From: Terriglobia bacterium
GTDB taxonomy: Bacteria > Acidobacteriota > Terriglobia > 20CM-2-55-15
Direction: 5' to 3'
Assembly: GCA_965198225.1 (NCBI GenBank)
Contig: CBDAOY010000008.1
Span: 864,001 to 928,000, forward strand
Length of the DNA stretch: 64,000 bases
The notes below the pieces were generated by a model. That model was not told the DNA's origin, ran no database searches, and worked only from the letters and a program-made list of their open reading frames with translations. The position numbers were made by a program, and so were the translations under genes. Positions 20,213 through 30,335 of this stretch are shown here, in pieces; position 1 is the stretch's first letter; each line of letters starts with the position of its first letter.

Positions 20213-21286
20213 ATGCAGCAGATCAAGCTGAACGTTTCGGAGACCTCCACTGAAATCCTCGTCGGTGGAGGTGCGTTCGGCGCCCTGCGAGAACACATGT
20301 CCGCTGCCGGGTTGAACGGATCGAGCCTGGTCGTCTCCCAGCCTCGTGTTCTCAAAGCGATCGAGCGTCGAGATCTGGGGCGCCTCCCGCTCGTAACGAT
20401 CCCGGACGGGGAGCGCGCGAAGACGATGGGCACTGTGAGCCGCCTGATCGACCGGATGGTGTCACACGGGCTGACACGCCAGTCCGCTATCGTGGCCGTC
20501 GGTGGTGGTGTCGTCGGAGATGTCGCTGCATTTGCGGCCTCGATTTATTTGAGGGGAATAGCAGTTGTGCAGGTTCCGACGACCCTATTGGCTCAGGTCG
20601 ACTCGAGCGTGGGCGGCAAGACTGGCGTGAATCATCGGGCGGCTAAAAACCTGATCGGAAGCTTCCATCAGCCTCGGCTCGTCGTCGTGGACCCGTCGCT
20701 ACTGGCTTCACTGCCACGAAGGCAGTATTCGAGCGGTCTCTACGAAGCACTAAAGTATGGGATCATCAGAGATCGTGCGTTGTTCCTTCGTTTCGGGCGA
20801 AATCGTGAGGCGATACTGGAACGCGAAGTCCAGGCGCTTGAAGAGTTGATTTCAGACTGTCTGCGCATCAAGGTCGCAGTCGTCGGCGCCGACGAGCGCG
20901 AAGGCGATCTGCGACGCATCCTCAACTTCGGCCACACGATCGGCCACGCTCTGGAGACGGCGGCAGGATACCGGCGCATCCTGCACGGCGAGGCGGTCGG
21001 TTACGGAATGCTCGCGGCCACCTGGATCGCCAGGGAAATGAGAAGGATCTCCGCTCCCCAGGCTGGGCGGATCGAGGAAGCGGTGCTCGGAATCGCTAGG
21101 TTGCCGCGCCTGAAGGGTGTATCTACGCCAGCGGTGATGGAGGCGATCGGTCATGACAAGAAGGTCCGGGACGGATCCGTCCACTTTGTCCTGCCCAGAA
21201 GGATCGGTCGGGTGGAGATCACTCCGGACGTTCCGAGGGGGCTGGTTCGGAGAATCGTGGCTGAGATTCTGAAGTTCCGTCTATGA
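20213..21286 (+). CDS. aroB: 3-dehydroquinate synthase
   Basis: GGGVVGD, PTTLLAQVDSSVGGKTG, LNFGHTIGHALE, HGEAV. Confidence 0.95.
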   Translation: MQQIKLNVSETSTEILVGGGAFGALREHMSAAGLNGSSLVVSQPRVLKAIERRDLGRLPLVTIPDGERAKTMGTVSRLIDRMVSHGLTRQSAIVAVGGGVVGDVAAFAASIYLRGIAVVQVPTTLLAQVDSSVGGKTGVNHRAAKNLIGSFHQPRLVVVDPSLLASLPRRQYSSGLYEALKYGIIRDRALFLRFGRNREAILEREVQALEELISDCLRIKVAVVGADEREGDLRRILNFGHTIGHALETAAGYRRILHGEAVGYGMLAATWIAREMRRISAPQAGRIEEAVLGIARLPRLKGVSTPAVMEAIGHDKKVRDGSVHFVLPRRIGRVEITPDVPRGLVRRIVAEILKFRL

Positions 21287-22026
21287 GAGAGACGGCCAAG
21301 AACCGAGCGCCATCTCAGGGACCGGATCCTCTTGTGGTTCGGCAGATGTTTGCCGACATTGCGCCAAGCTACGACTTCCTGAACCACTTCCTCTCCCTGT
21401 CGATCGACCGCCGATGGAGACGTCGGGCGGTCGGCTTCATCGCGTCCTCGGATCCCGACCCTGCCGACGTGTGCCTGGATCTGTGCAGCGGTACCGGCGA
21501 CCTTTCGATCGAACTGCACAGGCAGCTCAACCTGCGGGTCGTCAGCTCGGATTTTTGTCATCCGATGCTCTTCGAATCCCGCAAGAAACTACGATCCGCC
21601 GGATTTGGCGATGCCATCCACCTCGCCGAGGCGGACGCCCTCGAGCTGCCGTTTGCGGATGGAAGCTTCGCCTTCGTGACGATCGCGTTCGGACTTCGGA
21701 ATCTCGAAAGCATCGAGCGGGGCCTCCGGGAGATGCGGCGGGTTCTCCAGCCGGGCGGCCCTCTGGTTGTCCTTGAATTCTCCCGGCCGGTCTTACCGCT
21801 GTTCCGAGAGGTTTTCGGGTTCTACTTCAGGCACATTCTTCCCAGGCTGGGGGCAATGATTTCGGGCAGGGAAGGGCCCTACCAATACTTGCCTTCATCG
21901 GTCGGTCGGTTTCCACCGCAGCGTGAGCTGGCCGCTTTGATCTCCTCGTCCGGCTTCTCCGACGTTGGGTTCCGGAACCTGACCGCCGGCGTCGCAGCCC
22001 TGCACTGGGGACGGAAGCCCGGCTAA
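21283..22026 (+). CDS. ubiE: UbiE/MenG quinone biosynthesis methyltransferase
   Basis: YDFLNH, LDLCSGTGD, FGLRN, LEFS, YQYLPSS. Confidence 0.88.
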   Translation: MRETAKNRAPSQGPDPLVVRQMFADIAPSYDFLNHFLSLSIDRRWRRRAVGFIASSDPDPADVCLDLCSGTGDLSIELHRQLNLRVVSSDFCHPMLFESRKKLRSAGFGDAIHLAEADALELPFADGSFAFVTIAFGLRNLESIERGLREMRRVLQPGGPLVVLEFSRPVLPLFREVFGFYFRHILPRLGAMISGREGPYQYLPSSVGRFPPQRELAALISSSGFSDVGFRNLTAGVAALHWGRKPG

Positions 22027-22584
22027 GAAGCATTTGAAAATTGGAGATTGGAGATTGATCGATTTGTCATCCGAAGATTTCGAATGAAGCAATTTCCGAT
22101 GAAACAATCTCCAATAGCTCCGTTACAGGCCACTAGGACGGGGGGCGGGCTCCGGAATTGCGCCCGTCCCGGAGGCTCATGCTTCAGGCTCTTGGAACCT
22201 TCAAATCAAGCCTCCGGGCGTTGGCCACAGTGGAGGTCCATCGATCGGACGCAACCCGCGGGAGACGCGGGCGAACAAAAGGAGTTGCAAGGTGCGGAAC
22301 GATCGCCACCGCGGTGTCCTGGATCCTCGCCGTTCCGGCATTCCCTTCGCCGGTGCCGTGGTGCTCACAGGGTTGTTCGCCCCTTGTCGACGACCGGGTC
22401 AGGCCAGGGCCGGCGGAGTTTCTAGAACGGTGCTGAGCGTCGCTCACCCCCTTCGATATGCAAGCGCGCTACCATGCCATAACTACTTGATGGGATGTTG
22501 GATAATCGAGAACCTGAGCCGAGGTTACAAAAAGTTACAAAAGATGGCGAACGATTCCGTTTGGAGCCGTCGAGAGCCAGAAGA

Positions 22585-22991
22585 CGCCCGACCCCATCGG
22601 TTTGCCCCCTCGCGTTCGTGATCGGAGAAAGGTTGACGCCGATACGCTTGACCGCGGCCGCACCCCCGCCCACATTGAACTCTTTGCGAGTGAAGGTCTC
22701 GGCCGTCGTCAGGCAACGATCGAGGAGGGTATGGAACTCGCTCGCTTCCACGACGAGGTCGGCGAACCGCTTCCCGGTGCCCATTGCGTAACCGAAGATG
22801 CGCTGGCTGGCCGGGTTGTGACCCGTGATGTATCCCCGGGAGTCGACCATCACCAGCCCGCTGGGCATGTTGTTGGTGATGTACTCGCTCAGGACCCGGC
22901 TGCGGCTCTCGGCTCGGATGCGGGTGTATAGAAGCGATGAAGCGGCGATGACAGCCGCCAGGGCGATCGCCAGGACGAGAGTCGTGTTCAT
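22585..22991 (-). pseudogene. Truncated membrane-anchored PAS sensor (probable histidine kinase N-terminus)
   Basis: TM helix plus PAS (NNMPSGLVMVD..GHNPASQRIFG..IGVNLSPI); similarity stops near 22585 and the ORF runs through scar sequence to 22422; no HisKA domain. Confidence 0.6.
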
Positions 22992-23824
22992 GCCGGAGCC
23001 GGGAATGCGTAATCCATGTACAGGCGGATGATGTCGTTGCCGTACAGGACCGCGACTACGGCGCCCAAGCCCAGAAACGTCCCGAAAGGCAGTTCATAGT
23101 TGCGTGATTTTCCGAACAGCTGGATCACGGCCAGGCCGATGACCGAGCCCCCGAGGGAACCGATAAGAATCGTCAGCAAGGTCAAGGGAAGTCCGAGAAA
23201 TGCGCCCACCATCGCCATCATCTTGACATCACCGAAACCCATCCCTTCGATCCCTCGGATTCGAAAGAAGGCTTCGCGGACGGACCAGAGAAGGCCGCCG
23301 CCAAAAACGAGACCGACAACGCTCGCGGTCAGGGCGACAACGCGAGCCTCGGTCAACTCCACGCCGATGAGCTGATATAGGCGGAGCACGAAAGGACTCG
23401 GCAGGGCCAGGTACAGGCTCACGGCGACACCAATCCATATCCCGTTGAGCGTGATGACGTCAGGCAGGATGCGGTGATCGAGATCGATCAGCACCAGAAC
23501 GATCATGGCCGCGCAGAAAGCCAGGTACAGAAACCACTGCACGGTCAGGCCGTACTGGAGGGCGAGCAGCCCGCTCAAGACCCCGGTCAACGCTTCGACC
23601 GCAGGATAGCGGGCCGAGATCTCCGCGTTGCAATGTCGGCACCGTGCGCCGAGCATCAAGTAGCTCAGTATCGGTACGTTGTCGAACCAGGCGATCATTC
23701 GCCTGCATTTTGGACAACGGGAACGAGGCTTGACGACCGACTGATCCAGTGGGAGGCGCGCGATACAGACGTTCAGGAAGCTACCGATGGTCAGGCCGAC
23801 CAAAAGCGCAAGGATCAGCTCCAT
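22988..23824 (-). CDS. pilD: Prepilin peptidase
   Basis: GSFLNVCIARLP, CPKC/CRHC, IDLD, GMGFGDVK, PFG. Confidence 0.93.
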   Translation of the reverse strand: MELILALLVGLTIGSFLNVCIARLPLDQSVVKPRSRCPKCRRMIAWFDNVPILSYLMLGARCRHCNAEISARYPAVEALTGVLSGLLALQYGLTVQWFLYLAFCAAMIVLVLIDLDHRILPDVITLNGIWIGVAVSLYLALPSPFVLRLYQLIGVELTEARVVALTASVVGLVFGGGLLWSVREAFFRIRGIEGMGFGDVKMMAMVGAFLGLPLTLLTILIGSLGGSVIGLAVIQLFGKSRNYELPFGTFLGLGAVVAVLYGNDIIRLYMDYAFPAPA

Positions 23825-24564
23825 CAGCGCAGTATACGGAACTCCTTGAGGAATGCATAGCGGGCCCCCATCGACGCGATCTTCAGGCCCGCCCGCCCGT
23901 CGAGGAAGCCGCGTTGGAGCAAAAACGTCTTGAGGAAGAACAGCGGCGGGGACAGCAGCAGGCGCAGGGGGTTAAAATGCCGGCCGGCTTTTTTCGCCCT
24001 CGCGGCAGCAAGCCGGGTGTAGTTGTCGATCCGGCTGGCGTGGTCATCGAGCGACCGGTAGGGGAAATGCAGAAGGTCGCCATGCAGCTTGCGGACAGCG
24101 CCTTCGACGCTCAGCCCCTCGTGAACGAAGTCTCCTTCCCAGCGTGCGGCCCGCCGGTCGTACACGCGTACCTTGCGGTCGGGGTACCATCCCGAATGAG
24201 AGATCCAGCGGCCGAGGTAGAAAGCACGCCGGGGCATGGAGAGGCCCCCGACGCCATCCGACAGTCCGTTTTGCTTCCATCGACGGACTTCGGCGGCCAA
24301 CTCGATGCTCGGTCGTTCGTCGGCATCGACGCTGAAGACCCAATCGTTCGACGCTTCGGCAGCCGCGTAGTTTTTCTGGTCGGAATATCCCTTCCATTTG
24401 CGCGTGAGAACCCGTGCGCCGGCCTCGATCGCGATCTCACGGGTGCGGTCGATACTGTGCGCGTCAACGACGAGTATCTCGTCACAGAAGGAAAGACTCG
24501 AGATAGTTTCCCTGATGCGGTCTGCTTCGTTGAACGAGATGATAATCGCACTGATGGGAATCAT
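23824..24564 (-). CDS. Glycosyltransferase family 2 (WaaE/KdtX-like)
   Basis: NEADRI, VDAHSIDRT, QKNYA, VDADE, WYPD, VHE, GFLDG. Confidence 0.88.
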   Translation of the reverse strand: MIPISAIIISFNEADRIRETISSLSFCDEILVVDAHSIDRTREIAIEAGARVLTRKWKGYSDQKNYAAAEASNDWVFSVDADERPSIELAAEVRRWKQNGLSDGVGGLSMPRRAFYLGRWISHSGWYPDRKVRVYDRRAARWEGDFVHEGLSVEGAVRKLHGDLLHFPYRSLDDHASRIDNYTRLAAARAKKAGRHFNPLRLLLSPPLFFLKTFLLQRGFLDGRAGLKIASMGARYAFLKEFRILR

Positions 24565-24653
24565 GGGAAACGGGCGTGGCCGATGGCAATCAGCTCCAAT
24601 CCAAGGGATCAAGCGTCCAAAATCATTATGGTATAGTTCGTCGCCGTGATCCA

Positions 24654-25388
24654 ATGCGGAATCTGAAGTTGACGCTCGCCTACGACGGCAACCCGTTTCG
24701 CGGCTGGCAGTTTCAGCCGGACCTTCCCACCGTACAAGGCGAACTCGAGCGGGCGCTCGAACAGATTCTGAACCACGAGGTGACGACTCACGGCTCGGGA
24801 AGAACCGATGCGGGAGTCCACGCCCACGGTCAGGTCGCCAGCTTCCAAACGGACCGCTCGATCGACATCGATGCCCTAATGGCAGGAGTGAACGGCCTGC
24901 TGCCGACAGAAATCCGGGTTCTGTCAGTCGAGGAGGTCCCTCTGGACTTTCACGCCCGGCTTTCCGCGAGGGCCAAGACCTATGAGTATCATCTCTGGAG
25001 GTTAGCGGTCGTACCTCCGTTCCGGCATCGCTACGTTGCGGCCATCGGTCACTTTCTCGATCCGGATGCAGTCGATCGAGCAACGCGAGAATTCTGTGGC
25101 ACTCATGATTTCACTTCCTTCTGCTCGGCCTCTACCGAAGCGGTGGACCGGGTCCGAACCGTCCATGAAGCCGTATGGGAGCGTGACGATCAGGAATGGG
25201 TCCTGAGCATCCGTGCCGACGGGTTCCTGCAGTACATGGTGCGCACAATCGTCGGCACGCTGGTCGAAGTCGGTCGTGACCGAATCTCTGCGGCGCATGT
25301 CCCCGAGATCATCGCCGCGAAGGACCGGACCCTGGCCGGCCCTTCAGCCCCGGCCCAGGGCCTGCATCTGGTCCGGGTGGATTACTGA
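24654..25388 (+). CDS. truA: tRNA pseudouridine synthase A
   Basis: YDG..F.GWQ, GRTDAGVHA, FHAR, FLQYMVR. Confidence 0.95.
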   Translation: MRNLKLTLAYDGNPFRGWQFQPDLPTVQGELERALEQILNHEVTTHGSGRTDAGVHAHGQVASFQTDRSIDIDALMAGVNGLLPTEIRVLSVEEVPLDFHARLSARAKTYEYHLWRLAVVPPFRHRYVAAIGHFLDPDAVDRATREFCGTHDFTSFCSASTEAVDRVRTVHEAVWERDDQEWVLSIRADGFLQYMVRTIVGTLVEVGRDRISAAHVPEIIAAKDRTLAGPSAPAQGLHLVRVDY

Positions 25389-25565
25389 CCGTTGGAAATT
25401 GGAGATTGGAGATTGCAAATCGAAGATTGGAATCAAGATCCGAGATTGTCGGACATCCGCTGCCCACCCGATAGGAAATGTCGAATCCGCAATTCCCAAT
25501 CTCCGATGCACAACCACTGTGGATACATTAACTTTTCGATATAAAGTGGTAAGATATCCCCCATC

Positions 25566-26330
25566 ATGTCGAGCGCGGAACAAGAGCTCACCCGCCTGAT
25601 CGATCCGAAGTCGCTGCCGGTACATATCGCAGTGATCATGGACGGTAACGGGCGCTGGGCGCGCAAACGCAAGCTCCCGCGCGTCGCCGGACACCGAGCC
25701 GGGATCCAGGCGGTCAGGGAAATTGTGGAAGCATCGGCCGAACTCGGAGTCCATGTGCTGACCCTCTACGCATTCTCGACGGAGAACTGGAAACGCCCGC
25801 GGCGAGAGATCCAGACGTTGATGGAATTACTGCGGGAGTACCTGGGCAAAGAGCTGGACAACATCCACCGCAACAACATCCGATTCGGTACGATCGGTGA
25901 CACTCCGCAGCTTGGCCCGGCAGTACAGCAGGAACTGGACCGGGCCATTGAACGGACCCAATTCAACGACGGGTTGCGATTCAACGTAGCGTTGAACTAC
26001 AGCGGTCGCAACGAACTCGTACACGCCGTGAACGAACTCCTAGACGAAGCTAAGGAGAACCCGCGCCTGCTCGAAGGGGTTACCGAAGAAGACCTTTCGA
26101 AACATCTCTACACCCGGGACCTGCCGGATCCCGATCTGCTGATCCGCACGAGCGGCGAGCTCCGTGTCAGCAATTTCCTTCTCTGGCAGATTGCGTATTC
26201 TGAAATCTGGGTCACTGACACGCTCTGGCCCGATTTCCGAAAACGCCATCTCTACGAGGCGATCATCGGGTTCCAGAAGAGGGAGCGCCGATACGGAGGC
26301 CTGATTCCCGCCCTGGTCCGCTCACGATGA
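25566..26330 (+). CDS. uppS: Undecaprenyl diphosphate synthase
   Basis: HIAVIMDGNGRWA, FSTENWKRP, IRTSGE.RVSNFLLWQ. Confidence 0.96.
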   Translation: MSSAEQELTRLIDPKSLPVHIAVIMDGNGRWARKRKLPRVAGHRAGIQAVREIVEASAELGVHVLTLYAFSTENWKRPRREIQTLMELLREYLGKELDNIHRNNIRFGTIGDTPQLGPAVQQELDRAIERTQFNDGLRFNVALNYSGRNELVHAVNELLDEAKENPRLLEGVTEEDLSKHLYTRDLPDPDLLIRTSGELRVSNFLLWQIAYSEIWVTDTLWPDFRKRHLYEAIIGFQKRERRYGGLIPALVRSR

Positions 26331-27088
26331 GCCGAGTCCTGACCGCCGCTCTGGCGATCCCCCTGGTCCTGTCCATCACCTACTGGGCCCCTCCCTGGCT
26401 GTTCAGCCTGGTTGTGGCCGCGGTCGCTACCCTCGCCCTCGATGAATTCTTCGGTCTGGCCGCCGGCTGGGGTCTCGCCCGCCCCTCCCGATGGGCTCTC
26501 ATAGTAGGAGCCGCGGTCACGCTGTCGTTCTACGGGGGCGTCGGTTGGACGCTGGGAACCCTCGTCGGGGCGCTGCTGCTATTGATGACGGTGTCGCTCG
26601 TCGACGGGGAGGTTGGAACCTCTCCCCAGCGGGTCATGGTCGGCGTGACCGGCATTTTCTACGTATGCGGTCTGGCCGGCTTTCTGATTCTGATGCCGCG
26701 ATTTGCTGTATTCGTACTGTTCGGGATCATCTGGCTCGGGGATTCGACGGCGTACTACGGCGGCCGCGCATTCGGCACGCATCGGCTGGCCCCGCGGATC
26801 AGTCCGGGCAAGACGGTGGAAGGGGCGATCGCCGGTGCGGTAGCGAGTGTCGGCCTGGGGACTTTCCTGGGCCACGAGTTGCTGGGGCTGTCCTACTCCT
26901 GGCTCCTGACGGTCTCATTGATAACCGCCGGGGCAGGGCAAATCGGAGACCTGGCCGAATCGGCCTTGAAACGTGGCGCGGATGTGAAAGACTCCGGTGC
27001 CACGTTGCCAGGTCACGGCGGTTTTCTCGACCGAATCGACAGCCTTCTGTTTGCCGCTCCGGTGTTCTACGCTTTGCTGCGCGCATGA
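26327..27088 (+). CDS. cdsA: Phosphatidate cytidylyltransferase
   Basis: SPGKTVEG, GDLAESALKR, KDSG.TLPGHGGFLDRID. Confidence 0.94.
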   Translation: MSRVLTAALAIPLVLSITYWAPPWLFSLVVAAVATLALDEFFGLAAGWGLARPSRWALIVGAAVTLSFYGGVGWTLGTLVGALLLLMTVSLVDGEVGTSPQRVMVGVTGIFYVCGLAGFLILMPRFAVFVLFGIIWLGDSTAYYGGRAFGTHRLAPRISPGKTVEGAIAGAVASVGLGTFLGHELLGLSYSWLLTVSLITAGAGQIGDLAESALKRGADVKDSGATLPGHGGFLDRIDSLLFAAPVFYALLRA

Positions 27089-28248
27089 AGAGATTGAGCA
27101 TCATCGGTTCGACCGGCTCGGTCGGAACCAACACGCTTCGGGTGGTCGAGCATCTGTCCGATCAATTCGATGTCTTTGCGCTCTCGGCCCGAGCCAGCGT
27201 CGAAAAGCTCGCCCGACAGACGGAGGCCTTCAAACCGAGCCTCGTCGCGATCGCCGATCCGTCTAAAGTCGACCCCTTTGTCGAGGAATGCCGTCGCCTG
27301 GAAGTCCCCGTCCCGGAAGTCCTCCATGGAGACCCGGGTCTGTGCCAGATCGCCCGAGCCCCCGAAGTGGACATCGTGGTGGCTGCGGCCGTCGGTGCTG
27401 CCGGGTTGGAATCCACCCACGCAGCGCTCGCAGCCGGCAAGCGCGTGGCGCTGGCCAACAAGGAAGCCATGGTTCTCGCTGGGGAGCTGCTGCTCAACAC
27501 CGCTCGGAACGCCGGCGGACTCATCATTCCGGTCGACAGCGAACACAACGCGATCGACCAGTGCCTGAGGTCCGGGCGACGTCATGAGGTCGGGCGCCTG
27601 ATTCTCACGGCTTCAGGAGGGCCTTTCCTGAACACCCCGATCCGTGAATTCTCCTCGATCACTCCGGCGGCGGCGCTGAAGCATCCGACCTGGAAGATGG
27701 GACCACGGATCACGATCGACTCGGCAACGCTGATGAACAAGGGCTTCGAAGTCATCGAGGCGCGATGGCTTTTCGAGGTCCCGGCCGGCGCGATCGATAT
27801 CGTCGTCCATCCCCAGTCAATCGTCCATTCAATGGTCGAATTCGTCGACGGTTCGATCGTCGCCCAGCTCGGTACGGCGGACATGAGGCAGCCCATACAG
27901 TACGCGCTGACGTATCCCGAAAGACTTCCCTCGTCGGTCCCGGCGCTGGATTGGACCGAGATCCAGTCCCTGGAATTTGACCTGCCTGACCGCGACAAGT
28001 TTCCCTGTATCGGAATGGCCTATCGCGCGATCGAGATGGGTGGGACCACCCCTGCCGTGCTGAATGCGGCCGACGAGGTCGGCGTGGCTGCATTCCTGGA
28101 TCAAAGCATTGCCTTCACCGACATCTCGCAGATCATCGCAAAGACTCTCGATGCTCACGAAGTCATGCCCGCCGATACCGTCGGTGCGATCCTCGAGGCG
28201 GACCGTTGGGCTCGGGAATTCGCCATGGCCGCTGGTTCCCGCACTTGA
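27085..28248 (+). CDS. dxr: 1-deoxy-D-xylulose 5-phosphate reductoisomerase
   Basis: GSTGSVG, ANKE, PVDSEH, TASGGPF, HPTWKMG, DSATLMNKG. Confidence 0.96.
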   Translation: MKRLSIIGSTGSVGTNTLRVVEHLSDQFDVFALSARASVEKLARQTEAFKPSLVAIADPSKVDPFVEECRRLEVPVPEVLHGDPGLCQIARAPEVDIVVAAAVGAAGLESTHAALAAGKRVALANKEAMVLAGELLLNTARNAGGLIIPVDSEHNAIDQCLRSGRRHEVGRLILTASGGPFLNTPIREFSSITPAAALKHPTWKMGPRITIDSATLMNKGFEVIEARWLFEVPAGAIDIVVHPQSIVHSMVEFVDGSIVAQLGTADMRQPIQYALTYPERLPSSVPALDWTEIQSLEFDLPDRDKFPCIGMAYRAIEMGGTTPAVLNAADEVGVAAFLDQSIAFTDISQIIAKTLDAHEVMPADTVGAILEADRWAREFAMAAGSRT

Positions 28249-28361
28249 GAGACGACGCTGTAACCCTTTGTAGGAGGCACCGTCCAAGGTTTCAAGGCGG
28301 AAAACGGTAAACGCTTCCATGGTAGTATTGGGAGAACTGACCCCATAAATAGAGGAGAAGG

Positions 28362-29690
28362 ATGATAGGCACGGTTATCTCGAACATCTTCGTCGCACTG
28401 CTGGTACTGGGTGTGATTATCGTCATCCACGAACTCGGCCACTTTCTCGTCGCAAAGTTCTTCCGTATCCGGGTCGAGACCTTCTCGGTCGGCTTCGGCC
28501 CTCGATTAATCGGCTACAAGTACGGTGACACCGACTACCGGATCAGCGCGTTTCCGCTGGGTGGCTACGTCAAGATGTCGGGAGAAAACCCCACCGACGA
28601 GGTTACCGGCGACGAACACGAGTTTACGTCGAAGCCGAAGTGGCAGCGCTTCCTCGTCGCGTTCGCGGGTCCTGCGATGAACGTCGTGCTGGCGGTCGTC
28701 GTCCTGACAGGTCTCTACATGTACGGTAGCGAGGTACCCGAGGTGCTTCAAGGCGAAGCACGGGTCGGTATCGTCCAAGAAGGGTCTCCGGCGAGCCTGG
28801 CCGGTGTGCTACCAGGCGACATCATAGTCGAACTCGCAGGCACACCAAACCCGAATTGGCAACAGGTCGAAACCGAGATTCTGATAAGCCCGGAAGGGGC
28901 GATCCCGATCGTCCTCGATCGAGACGGGCAGGCGATCGAAACGACCATCACGCCGGAAACCTACGGGCCGTCCGAGGTTGGATATAGCGGGATGGGACCC
29001 CATGTTCGGGTCGTTGTGGCCAACTACTCGAGACCGGATTCTCCGGCTGAGAGGGCGGGAATCCTTCCGGGCGACGAGATAATCGCCGTCGGGGAAACAG
29101 ACCTGCGCCTGTCTGGGTCGTCGATCCAGGAAATCCTGCAGGGCGTGCCTTACGACATCGTTCCGATCACAGTGCTCCGGGGAGGCGAGACGCTTCAGCT
29201 CGAGGTCGAGCCCGAGATGGTTGACGGACAGCGTATGATCGGGATCTCGATTCCGATACCCACAGTCATGATCAAACTCGGCTTCGTCGATGCCGTCGGT
29301 CGATCGATCCGTACCAACACCGCCAACGCGATGCTGATTCTCGACGTCCTCGGCAGACTATTCACGCGTCAAGTCTCGATGCGGTCGCTGGACGGCCCGA
29401 TCGGAATCGTTGCAGTTTCCGGTCAGGCGGCACAGGCAGGCCTGACATCGCTACTGAGCCTCACGGCACTGATCAGCCTCAACCTGGGGCTCCTGAACCT
29501 CCTGCCTATTCCCATCCTCGATGGCGGGGTCATGCTGCTTCTGCTGATCGAGGGGGCTATCCGACAGGATCTGAGTCTGGCGCTCAAGGAACGGATCGTG
29601 CAGGTGAGTTTCGTGTTCCTGCTCATGCTTACGGTGGTGGTTCTCTACAACGACATCGTCAAACGGTTGCCCTCCAACCTCTCCCCCTAG
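28362..29690 (+). CDS. rseP: RIP metalloprotease RseP
   Basis: HELGH, PLGGYVKM, two PDZ domains, NLLPIPILDGG. Confidence 0.94.
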   Translation: MIGTVISNIFVALLVLGVIIVIHELGHFLVAKFFRIRVETFSVGFGPRLIGYKYGDTDYRISAFPLGGYVKMSGENPTDEVTGDEHEFTSKPKWQRFLVAFAGPAMNVVLAVVVLTGLYMYGSEVPEVLQGEARVGIVQEGSPASLAGVLPGDIIVELAGTPNPNWQQVETEILISPEGAIPIVLDRDGQAIETTITPETYGPSEVGYSGMGPHVRVVVANYSRPDSPAERAGILPGDEIIAVGETDLRLSGSSIQEILQGVPYDIVPITVLRGGETLQLEVEPEMVDGQRMIGISIPIPTVMIKLGFVDAVGRSIRTNTANAMLILDVLGRLFTRQVSMRSLDGPIGIVAVSGQAAQAGLTSLLSLTALISLNLGLLNLLPIPILDGGVMLLLLIEGAIRQDLSLALKERIVQVSFVFLLMLTVVVLYNDIVKRLPSNLSP

Positions 29691-29707
29691 CAGCCCGTGG
29701 CAGAACG

Positions 29708-30145
29708 ATGAGGAAGATCTCGCCGGAAATGCAGGTGTTCACCGAATACTTGGAGCAGAAGCGGTTAAAGCGTACGCCGCACCGCAAGCTCGTACTCGAA
29801 ACCTTTGTCGAGGGAGAGGGCCATCGCAGTGTCGAGGACATTTACCGTGAGGTCCGGGACCGGGACTCCCGCATCGGTTATACGACGGTCTACCGTGCGA
29901 TGAAGCTGCTGGCCGAGTGCGGCCTCGCCCGGGAGATCGATCTGGCCGACGGCGTCACGCGCTACGAACACCTGTACAACCACAGCCACCACGACCACCT
30001 GGTGTGCACCGAGTGCGGGGATTCGATCGAGTTCTTCAATGCCGAAATCGAGAAGGCCCAGGATGCGGCTTCCGAGCACCTCGGCTTCAAGGTGCTCGAC
30101 CACCGTCTCCAGATCTACGGGCTCTGCGAGAACTGTCGAGATTAG
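29708..30145 (+). CDS. fur: Fur family transcriptional regulator
   Basis: TTVYR, HHDHLVCTECG, CENC. Confidence 0.88.
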   Translation: MRKISPEMQVFTEYLEQKRLKRTPHRKLVLETFVEGEGHRSVEDIYREVRDRDSRIGYTTVYRAMKLLAECGLAREIDLADGVTRYEHLYNHSHHDHLVCTECGDSIEFFNAEIEKAQDAASEHLGFKVLDHRLQIYGLCENCRD

Positions 30146-30335
30146 CCCGCAACTTCATCAGACCTCCGGTGTTCCGTCTCAAGCACGAGAACTTCTTTTG
30201 CATCAATCGTTTATGCCGGTTCCTGCCAGGAAGGCATGGGTGGTTGCACCAAAACGGGGCCTGATCCTAGAACGGTTCACAAACTACTGATACATTTGGC
30301 GTTATACCGGAACAACAAAGGGGGCAAAAAGGCGG

